Assembly (NCBI GenBank): GCA_963737155.1
Contig: CAVTRN010000002.1
Span: 352,001 to 416,000, forward strand
Direction of reading: 5' to 3'
Source: Nitrospirota bacterium
GTDB taxonomy: Bacteria; Nitrospirota; UBA9217
Length of the DNA stretch: 64,000 bases
The position numbers and the translations under genes are program-made. The notes under the pieces are model-generated. The model searched no databases. It had not been told where the DNA came from and saw nothing but the letters and a program-made list of their open reading frames with translations. The stretch's first letter is position 1; every line of letters begins with the position of its first letter. Shown piece by piece: positions 21,644 through 30,349 of the stretch.

Positions 21644-24600
21644 CTATCCCAGCGTGAAATAGAGCGTTGCCCCGATACCGACGTCTCCCTCCGCGCAGAT
21701 TTTTCCTTCGTGCCGATGAATAATCCTTTCGACGATTGCCAAGCCGATTCCTGTTCCCCCGAACTCTTTATCGGAATGGAGCCGGTGGAAGGGCAGAAAC
21801 ATCTTGTCCGCGTAGGTACGGTCGAACCCGGCGCCGTTATCCCTAACATAGTATACGGTCTTCCCGTCTTTTTCGTAAGCGTTGAATTCAATACGGGCAT
21901 TTGTCGTTTTCGAAGTAAACTTCCAGGCGTTATCAATCAGATTCATTAACGCGATCCTTATCAGGTTCGGGTCCACGGAGGCGCGCATGCCTTCTGTAAT
22001 AACGATATCAACGCTTCTGTCAGGCTCTGTCTCGCGAAGGGTAGTCGCGATCGAGGAAGCCAGGCTGCTGAGATCATAATCCATTCGGTCCATATTCTGC
22101 TTTGATATCTGCGAAAGGCGCAGCAGGTCTTCAATGAGTTCAGTCATTCTCTCAGAAGCTTTTGTTATGCGCAATAAATAATCTTTTGGTTGGTTTTCCA
22201 GCTTGTTGGCATAGTCCTCGATCAGGATTTTGGAGAAACCGGACATGATGCGGAGCGGCGCCCGCAAATCATGGGACACCGAGTAGACGAAGGATTCCAT
22301 CTCCTTGTTTGCTAATTCCAGCTCCAGGTTCCTAGCCGCCATGTCTTTGTTCAGTTTCAATATGTTCTCTTCTGCTTTCTTGCGTTCGCTGATGTCGAAA
22401 AATACCACAGCGAAGCGGTTGGTGTCGGTCCGGTAGACGCTGACCTCGAACCACTTATTGAGGGGGCCGAAGCGTTCCTCAAAATGCGCTGGCTCTCCGG
22501 TGAGGACAACCTTTCCGTACCGTTCGAACCAGACGGGTTCGGCATCGGGGAACAATTCGCGGGTGGTTCGGCCGACAATGTTCTCGGCCTTCAATCCTGT
22601 GTGGCGTTCGAACGCAGGATTGACTACTAAATATCGAAGATCAACAGGCTTCCCGGCCTCGTCTAAGATGATTTCATCGTGCGAGAAGCCCTCCGTCATC
22701 GTTTCAAAGAGTGTTCGGAATCGGGCCTCGCTCTGTTGTAGTGCCTCCTCAGCACGCTTACGGTCAGTGATGTCCACCAGGGTCGAAAGGATCACCCGTT
22801 CGCCCTGTACGAACAGGATCTGCGCAGACAACTGTGCTACGAAGAGCTCTCCGGACTTCTTCCGGAACTCCTGCTCCCACCCGCGCACAGCGCCTTTTTC
22901 CCGCAATGTCTGAACGAAATGGTTCGCGGCCTCAGCGCTCGGCCAGATGTGCAATTTCCTGGCGGAATGGCCGATCACCTCATCCCGGCTGTACCCGTTT
23001 ACTGCTAGCCAGGTGTTGTTCACTTCTAGAAACAGGCCGTCTTCGAGACGGGTCATCGCAATGGCTGCCGAGTTATTTGCAAAGGCCGTAGCGAACTTTT
23101 CCTCAGATAAGCGCAGCACCTCCTCGGCCCGCTTGCGTTCCGTAATATCGGTGAGGAAGGAGTAGTAATAGAGTGGTTTCCCTACCGTGTCCTTCGTGAC
23201 GTGCACTAGCAATTCGATAGTTACACGCGTGCCATCTTTGCGGATATACTCCTTTTCATAACGCACGGGCAAGCCGGTACGGCTTAGTTCATCCAGTTTC
23301 TGCTGCTCTATCTCAATCCATTCCGGCGGCGTAAGCGTTTTCGACCAATCGAGGGATCTCAATTCCTCGCTGCTGTATCCGGTGAGCTTTTCGAATGCCT
23401 TATTGGTCAGACCCAGACGTCCATCGGGATATCCCACGCCGAAGGCTTGCGACGAGGCTTCGAGGATGTTTGCCAGAAATTCGTTTTGCTTCTGGCTCTG
23501 GAGAACCTCAGCAGCTAGCCGCATCGCCTCGAGAGTGTGGGAGCACTGGGCAGCGAGCCACTCGATCAGCCTGAATTGCTCTTCGGTCCACTGCTGCTTC
23601 TTGCTGCTGTAAATGCTAACGGCTCCTATAGGTTTGCCCTTAACGCGCAGGGGGGAAGAGAGCACTGCGGCAAATCGCAGGTGTCCGGGGACGCTCAAGA
23701 TGTTCAAGTCCGTCCGTAGCGAGGTGTCCTCAAGTGACGCCGTGCGGTCCTGCTGGATCACCATCTCGGGAAATGAACCTTTCGCCGGCCATGAACCAGG
23801 AACGTCATCTCCATCGAAGCCTGCGTGAGCTAAAATCTTTAATTCGTCTCCATGCAGTTCGCAGACGACTACGCCAGTGGCAGGCCGGCCAATCATTTCC
23901 CGAGCAGTTTGGCAGATATTACCTATCACTTCCGCCTCGCCGATTGGCAAGCGGGCGGAATCAAGCAGTGTCTGGAGCATCTTCTCCCATTGGATTAGGT
24001 CCGCGTTCAGTGCCTGAATTTTCTCCGACTGGGTCTGCAACTCCTCGTTTTGCTCAGACAACTCCTCGGACTGTTGCGCCAGTTCCTCCGATTGCTGCGA
24101 AAGCTCTTCGTTCTGCTGTGCCAGTTCCTCCGACTGTTGCCGAAGCGATTCCTCGGCGAGCTTCTGCCGGGTGATGTCGGTGCTGACCTCCAGGATGGCC
24201 AAGGGCTTGCCACGCTCGTCGCGGCGCAGCGCCCACAGGATTGCCACGGACAGTTGGGCTCCGTCCTTACTGCGTCGAGTTATTTCTCCTTCCCAGTAGC
24301 CTTTCTCCAGCAGTTCGCTGTGTATCTGTTCCTGGGGCTGGCCAAAATGAGTCTGGAGCAATTCATAAGTGAGTTGGCCCTGGGCCTCTTGCGAGTCAAA
24401 ACCGTATAACCGGCGGTTACCTTCGCTCCAACGAACAATACGATGATCCAGGTCAAGGGCCATGAGATTGCCCATGTTCAGCAGGGCAAGTTCTTTCTTC
24501 TGAGTTACACTAACGGCCTCGGCCCGCCGGGCACGCTTCAGACGTTCCGCCAGAACACTCAGGAAGATGCCCGTGCCGGTAAAAATGCCCAATGCGAGGC

Positions 24601-26128
24601 CGTTATTTGCTGCGGTAATGCTGAAGTGTCCAATTGGTTCAATGAACCAGTAATCGGTCGCCAGGGCTGACAGGATGGTAACTACCACCCCCGGTCCGCC
24701 GCCGGCGATAGTTGCCACCACGAGAATGGCCGGATACGACGTAATGAAGAGCGGCATGGGCCCAAAGGACCGCACCAACCACAATCGAAAACACATAGCC
24801 AGTGCCACTGCCGCCACTGCGAATGTGTATTGGCCTGCGACACCGATCCATTTTTCGCTGGAGTCTTTGAACATCAGGCTGCGATCCGCCAGCATCATCG
24901 TGCGCATGATAATGAGCGAGAAGGCTCCAAGCACGATCAATGACAACAGCATGCCGATACCCACCGTCAGTATACTTCGCTGGGCGGTTTCTCTGGTAAC
25001 CCGATTCCGTTTGTCCAGCAACCCGCTCTCGCGGGATTCCATCTGATTCATGAGCGCCCTGATCTCGTCCATGATCTGCTCGCCTCTGTCGGTGCGAATG
25101 ACCGACAAGGCTGCTTCCATGCCCGCCTTCCTGCGAAGCTTGATGGTTTCCTGCAACACGACTAACTTGTCACGGGTAAGATTCCGAAGCTGCTGGAGGT
25201 TTTTTTGCTGCTCAGGATTGTCCTGGGTCAAGGATTCTACGGCCTTAATGTTGCCTTGGATTTCCCCGACGGCCGCGTTGAAAGGCTCGAGGTAGCGGTC
25301 CTCTCCGGTCAAAACAAAGCCACGCCCCCCCGTTTCGGCATCCTTCAGCGCCGATAGCACGTGCTCCAGGTACCCCTGTACTTCGTAGGTATGAATCACC
25401 CAACGGTTCGCTTCGGTTAACCGTTGAATTCCCAAGTAGGATTGGACTCCTACGATACCGATCATAAGCAACGTCAAAACAAAAAAGGCGGTAACCTTCA
25501 CTCCAAATTGTTTTCTGCCTCTGACAATGACCGCGGCGACCCCTAGAACAATCAGAGACAACAGCATGCCGATACCCACCGTCAGTATACTTCGCTGGGC
25601 TGCTTCGCTAGTAACCCGATTCCGTTTGTCCAGCAACCCGCTCTCGTGGGATTCCATCTGATTCATGATCGCCCTGATCTCGTCCATGATCTGCTCGCCT
25701 CTGTCGGTGCGAATGACCGACAAGGCTGCTTCCATGCCCGCCTTCCTGCGAAGCTTGATGGTTTCCTGCAACACGACTAACTTGTCACGGGTAAGATTCC
25801 GAAGCTGCTGGAGGTTTTTTTGCTGCTCAGGATTGTCCTGGGTCAAGGATTCTACGGCCTTAATGTTGCCTTGGATTTCCTCGACGGCCGCGTTGAAAGG
25901 CTCGAGGTAGCGGTCCTCTCCGGTCAAAACAAAGCCACGCCCCCCCGTTTCGGCATCCTTCAGCGCCGATAGCATGTGATCCAGTCTCCCCTGTACTTCG
26001 TAGGTATGAATCACCCAACGGTTCGCTTCGGTCAACCGTTGAATTCCCAAGTAGGATTGGACTCCCACGATGCCGATGATCAGCAACGTCAGAACAAAAA
26101 AGACGGTAATCTTCACTCCAGATTTCAT
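21644..26128 (-). CDS. histidine kinase: 2x CHASE3, DUF4118-like TM block, PAS, coiled coil, GAF, 3 PAS, HisKA, HATPase
   Basis: WVIHTYEV...DAETGGRGFVLTG occurs twice; SVSHDLRAPLR H-box; NLIDNAWKFT; GTGIGLAIV. Confidence 0.93.
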   Translation of the reverse strand: MKSGVKITVFFVLTLLIIGIVGVQSYLGIQRLTEANRWVIHTYEVQGRLDHMLSALKDAETGGRGFVLTGEDRYLEPFNAAVEEIQGNIKAVESLTQDNPEQQKNLQQLRNLTRDKLVVLQETIKLRRKAGMEAALSVIRTDRGEQIMDEIRAIMNQMESHESGLLDKRNRVTSEAAQRSILTVGIGMLLSLIVLGVAAVIVRGRKQFGVKVTAFFVLTLLMIGIVGVQSYLGIQRLTEANRWVIHTYEVQGYLEHVLSALKDAETGGRGFVLTGEDRYLEPFNAAVGEIQGNIKAVESLTQDNPEQQKNLQQLRNLTRDKLVVLQETIKLRRKAGMEAALSVIRTDRGEQIMDEIRALMNQMESRESGLLDKRNRVTRETAQRSILTVGIGMLLSLIVLGAFSLIIMRTMMLADRSLMFKDSSEKWIGVAGQYTFAVAAVALAMCFRLWLVRSFGPMPLFITSYPAILVVATIAGGGPGVVVTILSALATDYWFIEPIGHFSITAANNGLALGIFTGTGIFLSVLAERLKRARRAEAVSVTQKKELALLNMGNLMALDLDHRIVRWSEGNRRLYGFDSQEAQGQLTYELLQTHFGQPQEQIHSELLEKGYWEGEITRRSKDGAQLSVAILWALRRDERGKPLAILEVSTDITRQKLAEESLRQQSEELAQQNEELSQQSEELAQQSEELSEQNEELQTQSEKIQALNADLIQWEKMLQTLLDSARLPIGEAEVIGNICQTAREMIGRPATGVVVCELHGDELKILAHAGFDGDDVPGSWPAKGSFPEMVIQQDRTASLEDTSLRTDLNILSVPGHLRFAAVLSSPLRVKGKPIGAVSIYSSKKQQWTEEQFRLIEWLAAQCSHTLEAMRLAAEVLQSQKQNEFLANILEASSQAFGVGYPDGRLGLTNKAFEKLTGYSSEELRSLDWSKTLTPPEWIEIEQQKLDELSRTGLPVRYEKEYIRKDGTRVTIELLVHVTKDTVGKPLYYYSFLTDITERKRAEEVLRLSEEKFATAFANNSAAIAMTRLEDGLFLEVNNTWLAVNGYSRDEVIGHSARKLHIWPSAEAANHFVQTLREKGAVRGWEQEFRKKSGELFVAQLSAQILFVQGERVILSTLVDITDRKRAEEALQQSEARFRTLFETMTEGFSHDEIILDEAGKPVDLRYLVVNPAFERHTGLKAENIVGRTTRELFPDAEPVWFERYGKVVLTGEPAHFEERFGPLNKWFEVSVYRTDTNRFAVVFFDISERKKAEENILKLNKDMAARNLELELANKEMESFVYSVSHDLRAPLRIMSGFSKILIEDYANKLENQPKDYLLRITKASERMTELIEDLLRLSQISKQNMDRMDYDLSSLASSIATTLRETEPDRSVDIVITEGMRASVDPNLIRIALMNLIDNAWKFTSKTTNARIEFNAYEKDGKTVYYVRDNGAGFDRTYADKMFLPFHRLHSDKEFGGTGIGLAIVERIIHRHEGKICAEGDVGIGATLYFTLG
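24021..24139 (-). repeat. 21-bp degenerate tandem repeat encoding QQ(S/N)EEL(A/S) heptads
   Basis: QQSEELA QQNEELS QQSEELA QQSEELS EQNEELQ TQSEK. Confidence 0.85.
24943..26120. repeat. near-identical intragenic tandem duplication (about 563-bp copies, 615-bp offset)
   Basis: 24943-25505 matches 25558-26120 over long identical runs; each copy encodes TM-CHASE3-TM. Confidence 0.95.
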
Positions 26129-26170
26129 AATTATTATCTCCGGTTCTTGGGTAACATTTGTTCGTTGCGG

Positions 26171-27100
26171 TCAAAGCCCAAAGGCGCGGTCGCCCTCGCA
26201 GGAACAAGAACGATAAATGCATTTTCTCACATTAATCAAAGGCAACTCTACTGGCGGCCGCTCAGCCTTGCCTACGACCAACACGCCCTCTGGCGCTAGG
26301 ACCGAAGCCAAGCCCCGCCACATGGACTCTGCTGCCTCGGTCTTAAGGTAAATGGCTATGTTTCTCCACAGGATCATGTCCCATGGACCTTCCTCAATAC
26401 CCTGTGCTAGGTCTGCAACTTTCCAGTGAACGTGCCGGCAAATTGGCTCAATCGGCCGCCAAAAATGTCCGGTCTCTTCGAAGTATCTGTGGCGATCCGA
26501 CGGTTCGATCTTCCTTAACTCACTGGATTTATACAATGCCGTATGCGCGTGTTCAATGGCGTCGCGGCGGCAGTCACTGCCCAGAAGGAAACTGCCCTCC
26601 AGATGACCGCTTTGCGCCAATAGGATCGCCATGCTATAGAGCTCCGCCCCGCTGGAACAGCCGGCGCTCCAGACGCGTAATGGCCGGGTGGGAGAAGTTA
26701 ATTGCGGTAGGACCTCGGATCGCAGCGTTTCGAAAACCGAGGGATCGCGAAAGAATTCGGTAACGCCTATGAGTAGCGCACCGATCGCCGACGGCAGAAG
26801 GTCAGGTCGCTGCTCTAGCACCTGACGGGCACGCGCCTCGGTGTCGGCGTGCAATGCCCGCAGGCAGGCGGGAAGGCGCCGCTGAAGTGGTTCGCCGCGA
26901 TAGCTATCTACGGACAAGCCAGCACGTTGGAACACCCACGAGATGAATTGGCCAGGTCGTTCGGACTGGTATGCAGGGGTATACCTGGCCGTCAGAGGGA
27001 GAGTCCCAGTTCGATCAGGGAGGCGCGGCTCCGTAATCGTCGGTCGGCCGACAAACTTCACATGCCGTAAAGCATCTTCCTTGGTAATAGACCTATCCAT
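26171..27100 (-). CDS. cheR: CheR-family protein-glutamate O-methyltransferase
   Basis: IGVTEFFRDP, RVWSAGCSSGAELYS, DMILWRNIAIY, GVLVVGKAE. Confidence 0.9.
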   Translation of the reverse strand: MDRSITKEDALRHVKFVGRPTITEPRLPDRTGTLPLTARYTPAYQSERPGQFISWVFQRAGLSVDSYRGEPLQRRLPACLRALHADTEARARQVLEQRPDLLPSAIGALLIGVTEFFRDPSVFETLRSEVLPQLTSPTRPLRVWSAGCSSGAELYSMAILLAQSGHLEGSFLLGSDCRRDAIEHAHTALYKSSELRKIEPSDRHRYFEETGHFWRPIEPICRHVHWKVADLAQGIEEGPWDMILWRNIAIYLKTEAAESMWRGLASVLAPEGVLVVGKAERPPVELPLINVRKCIYRSCSCEGDRAFGL

Positions 27101-27430
27101 CTAGCGTAAATGACCTCATTCAATGCGTGATATGCAGTGTTCGTCCATGCTTCAGGAGACGTATCTGAGGAAAAAATGATAGCCGCAATGATGAAATCAG
27201 TGCAGGGATCGGCAGGAAACTGAGTTCATATTACGTCACCATCTGTCGAGTTTATTTAATATTACCACGGACGAGGGGGAGAAAAATAGGACTAAGTTTT
27301 TGCTATATAAAATTGTAGCTATCATATGTTTTTCCGGGGGACAAGTCTATTCTATTGAATATGTCAACCATCCTGAATGGGCTTTTATTGCTTTACAGAA
27401 TGCCATTAATCAGGTTGTCTAGTGCTTAGA

Positions 27431-27620
27431 TGACAAGTTTCAGGGACATCGGTTACCCGGATGTATCAAGACATCGGTAACCCACAAAGCCATTATTTAT
27501 ATAAGGACGTCGGTGTCCTGGATTCCATTTAACGCTATCATGCTCTCCTTATCTGAAATCGTTAAAGGAGAGCATCGATGGAAGAAGAACTGAGACAAAC
27601 CGCTATTAACAGACACATCC
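27431..27620 (+). mobile_element. truncated left end of an IS481-like element
   Basis: TGACAAGTTTCAGGGACATCGGTTAC and a second GACATCGGTAAC resemble the ends of the intact IS at 37815-39209; then AAGGAG RBS and MEEELRQTAINRHI, like a transposase N-terminus, which breaks off. Confidence 0.65.
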
Positions 27621-27812
27621 AATTAGTTCCGTATTGTATGTGTGCTGTTGCCTTAACCATTCTTATCTCATCATTGTTTAAACTCGTCCTGAATGGTGAT
27701 TTTCATGGGTCCCAGGGAAGTTCGGCTCTTTCAGGTAAGCATCAGCTGGCCAAAGTGGCCAAGAGAGGGGAGTAGTGGCAGTAGTAGGTTTCATTGCATA
27801 CTTCATATACTT

Positions 27813-27868
27813 TATACTTGACTGTCTGATTCAGATCAAGTATATCTAACTTATCTGATTAATCAGAT
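27813..27868 (+). promoter_or_regulatory. promoter/operator region of the hgc operon
   Basis: TATACTTGA...TCAAGTATA inverted repeat enclosing TCTGA-T-TCAGA and a TTGACT -35; perfect 16-bp palindrome ATCTGATTAATCAGAT (27853-27868). Confidence 0.7.
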
Positions 27869-27891
27869 TATGCTGATATTCCGGAGGATTC

Positions 27892-28176
27892 ATGACAACA
27901 ACTAAAAAAGCGAAAATGCCCATAAGCGGACCGTTTGGCAAGGGCGCAAGCTGCTGCGCAGTCGAAGCGCTGGTCACTGTTGACGAACGAGGCCAGATGG
28001 TCTTACCGAAGGAATTGCGTGTAAAGGCGGGTATCAAGGCCGGCGACAAGCTTGCCGTGACAAGCTGGGAAAAGGATGGGAAAATCTGCTGCATCGCCCT
28101 GATCAAAGCAGACAACCTGGAAACCATGGTTAAGGGCATTCTCGGGCCGGTAATGGGAAACATCCTCAATAAATGA
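27892..28176 (+). CDS. AbrB/MazE/SpoVT-fold protein with N-terminal Cys-Cys, HgcAB-associated (HgcC-like)
   Basis: SCCAVEALVTVDERGQMVLPKELRVKAGIKAGDKL is an AbrB swapped-hairpin motif; GGAGG RBS; upstream of hgcA. Confidence 0.85.
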   Translation: MTTTKKAKMPISGPFGKGASCCAVEALVTVDERGQMVLPKELRVKAGIKAGDKLAVTSWEKDGKICCIALIKADNLETMVKGILGPVMGNILNK

Positions 28177-28192
28177 AACTGCGGGGGCATCT

Positions 28193-28345
28193 ATGATTGG
28201 TCAACCAGTGAAGAGTTTTTTATTGTTGGACCGGTATCTGGCATTGGGAGTTGGTCTCGGCGATTTTGTCCTGGGACGCTCATCAAGAGCGTTCGGGTTG
28301 AAAGACAAAATATCGCCATTGATAGAGAGATTCGCAGTAATTTAA
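28193..28345 (+). pseudogene. decayed N-terminal stub of an Acr3-type arsenite efflux permease
   Basis: MIGQPVKSFLLLDRYL-ALGVGLGDFV resembles Acr3 [25 protein letters not shown] with an internal deletion; a shifted frame gives QNIAI (compare TNIPIAIG). Confidence 0.55.
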
Positions 28346-28377
28346 AAATATCTTCTTGCATTAGATAAGGTGACCCC

Positions 28378-29469
28378 ATGCAAACCATGCAAACGCTTAA
28401 ATTTGTGAAAAAATCCGATATCCCTCCCTATGGCTCGGGCACAATGAGTACAGCAGCTGGCAGTGTATTTCGTATCTCGTCCGACTGGTCTCGAGCAGAC
28501 TATTGGGGCATGATCAAAAGCCGAGTCGGCGCCTTCCGCATGAACTATACCGTTTCGCCCGGAATCTACGCCGTGGGTGAACCGACAAAGGCTTCCGATG
28601 TTTTTGTTTCGGCCAATTACAAACTGAGCTTCGACATCCTGCGGCGTGAATTGAAAGGGCTCGATGCCTGGGTTCTTGTGCTCGACACCAAGAGCATCAA
28701 TGTCTGGTGCGCGGCCGGCAAAGGGACTTTCAGCACCGCTGAGCTGGTCAGCCGTATATCGGCAACGAAACTATGTACCTTGGTCGCTCACCGAAGGATC
28801 ATTGTGCCTCAACTCGGCGCAGTAGGTGTCAACGGCGCAGAAGTCCAGAAGAAGTCTGGTTTTCGGGTCCTTTTCGGTCCTGTTCAGGCAAAGGATATAC
28901 CTTCTTATGTGGAAGCTGGTTATAAGAAGACAAAGGACATGAGCACGATCCGCTTCCCAATGATGGATCGTATCATCCTTACGCCGATGGAAATCAATCC
29001 TGCGATGAAGAAGTTTCCCTGGTTTGCCGGCGGAGTGCTCATCTTGTTCGGGCTTCAACCGTCGGGTATATTATTTAAAACCGCATGGTCCGGGGGCATG
29101 CCTTTTCTCGTTCTTGGGCTCAATGCCGTATTTGCAGGTGCGTTCCTTACCCCGGTGTTGCTTCCTTTTATCCCGTCTCGCTCATTCGCGATTAAGGGAT
29201 GGATCATGGGCCTACTCAGTATGTCAGCGGTTGCACCGCTTATCGAGCTGGCTGTCAGGGGCGAAATTCTGCTACTGGTTGCGTCCTGTCTCATCTTCCC
29301 TGCCATGAGTTCCTATATCGCTCTCCAGTTCACCGGATCAACGACCTTTACCGGCATGTCGGGTGTCAAGAAGGAATTAAAGATCGGAATTCCTCTATAT
29401 TTATCATTGGCCGGAATTTCGCTGGTTCTCCTCGCGATCTACAAGATTAGGGAATGGGGGATCCTATGA
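28378..29469 (+). CDS. hgcA: mercury methylation corrinoid protein HgcA
   Basis: ANYKLSFD, cap helix INVWCAAGKGTF (28699-28722), PQLGAVGV, C-terminal TMs, FTGSTTFTGMSGVKKE. Confidence 0.97.
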   Translation: MQTMQTLKFVKKSDIPPYGSGTMSTAAGSVFRISSDWSRADYWGMIKSRVGAFRMNYTVSPGIYAVGEPTKASDVFVSANYKLSFDILRRELKGLDAWVLVLDTKSINVWCAAGKGTFSTAELVSRISATKLCTLVAHRRIIVPQLGAVGVNGAEVQKKSGFRVLFGPVQAKDIPSYVEAGYKKTKDMSTIRFPMMDRIILTPMEINPAMKKFPWFAGGVLILFGLQPSGILFKTAWSGGMPFLVLGLNAVFAGAFLTPVLLPFIPSRSFAIKGWIMGLLSMSAVAPLIELAVRGEILLLVASCLIFPAMSSYIALQFTGSTTFTGMSGVKKELKIGIPLYLSLAGISLVLLAIYKIREWGIL

Positions 29470-29759
29470 AGTATCTCTTGAATGTGACAACGCTTCAGTA
29501 TGCATACGACAAATGTGCCGGGTGCGGCAGGTGCGTAGAGGTATGCCCCCGGGGCGTGTTCGAGATGCGCGACAAGCACGCAATAATCACGGACGGCGAC
29601 TTGTGCATGGAATGCGGAGCATGCGCCAAGAACTGCGATTTCAGTGCGCTCTCGGTTAATGCCGGCGTGGGCTGCGCCGCGGCGATCATTACCGGCCTTC
29701 TTACCGGCAGCGAGCCGACGTGCGGGTGCAATGATAGTGTTTCAGGAAACTGCTGTTGA
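29466..29759 (+). CDS. hgcB: mercury methylation ferredoxin HgcB
   Basis: CAGCGRCVEVCP and CMECGACAKNC, GVGCAAA, terminal CC; ATGA overlap with hgcA. Confidence 0.96.
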   Translation: MKYLLNVTTLQYAYDKCAGCGRCVEVCPRGVFEMRDKHAIITDGDLCMECGACAKNCDFSALSVNAGVGCAAAIITGLLTGSEPTCGCNDSVSGNCC

Positions 29760-29907
29760 AATCCTTGCCTCGTCGAAAGAGGACATTGCCCGGATGGAGA
29801 GCTGCCAGCTTGGCGCGAGTAACTACATTTAAAAATCAGCGGATTTATATGCGCTGGCTGTAGCCGTGAAACAACTCGGGTCTTGTTGGCTGGTTATAAA
29901 CCAAGAT
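29760..29907 (+). pseudogene. C-terminal half of an Rcp1-like response regulator, starting right at the hgcB stop
   Basis: [47 protein letters not shown]; matches the remnant at 53934-54146. Confidence 0.75.
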
Positions 29908-30349
29908 ATGGTGAAGTTTGTAAGAACCTTGGACAAACTAGACTTTCGGAAAGTAAAAGAGAATGATGGGCAGTGGGTGTAATATATGCTCTGGTTTCCC
30001 GCGCTAATTATATTTTTCACCCCAGAGAATAAATTATACATAAACTAATTCTGCCAAAGTCCTAAGAGCGTCCTTCAAATGGGAATTAGCGGGTCGATTT
30101 TCATCGTATTATCGACACAGGAAAGATTGCACGCTCGACAAGAGGGCTATTGTAGTGTATTTTAATAAGGGAGATTAACTAAGAGATCAGACTATCAATA
30201 AGTATTCCTGTAAAGGTTGCACGTGGGCTCGTATAGTGGTGAATTGCATGCAACAACCTCAGAAATTCACACCCGTCACGATCGACAGGAGCCACATCAC
30301 TACAATAGGCGAACGGCTTTACGCTGCAAGCAATGGAAAGGAGATCAGT

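Noticed and set aside
28340-28440. Selenocysteine-containing (CU) N-terminal extension of HgcA
   Set aside because: In-frame TAA at 28366-28368 closes the frame just upstream of the ATG; the N-terminus reads PPYG with no TGA
29751-29822. Sec readthrough of the hgcB CC-TGA stop
   Set aside because: CC is the normal HgcB terminus, and the downstream DNA is better explained as a receiver-gene remnant in another frame
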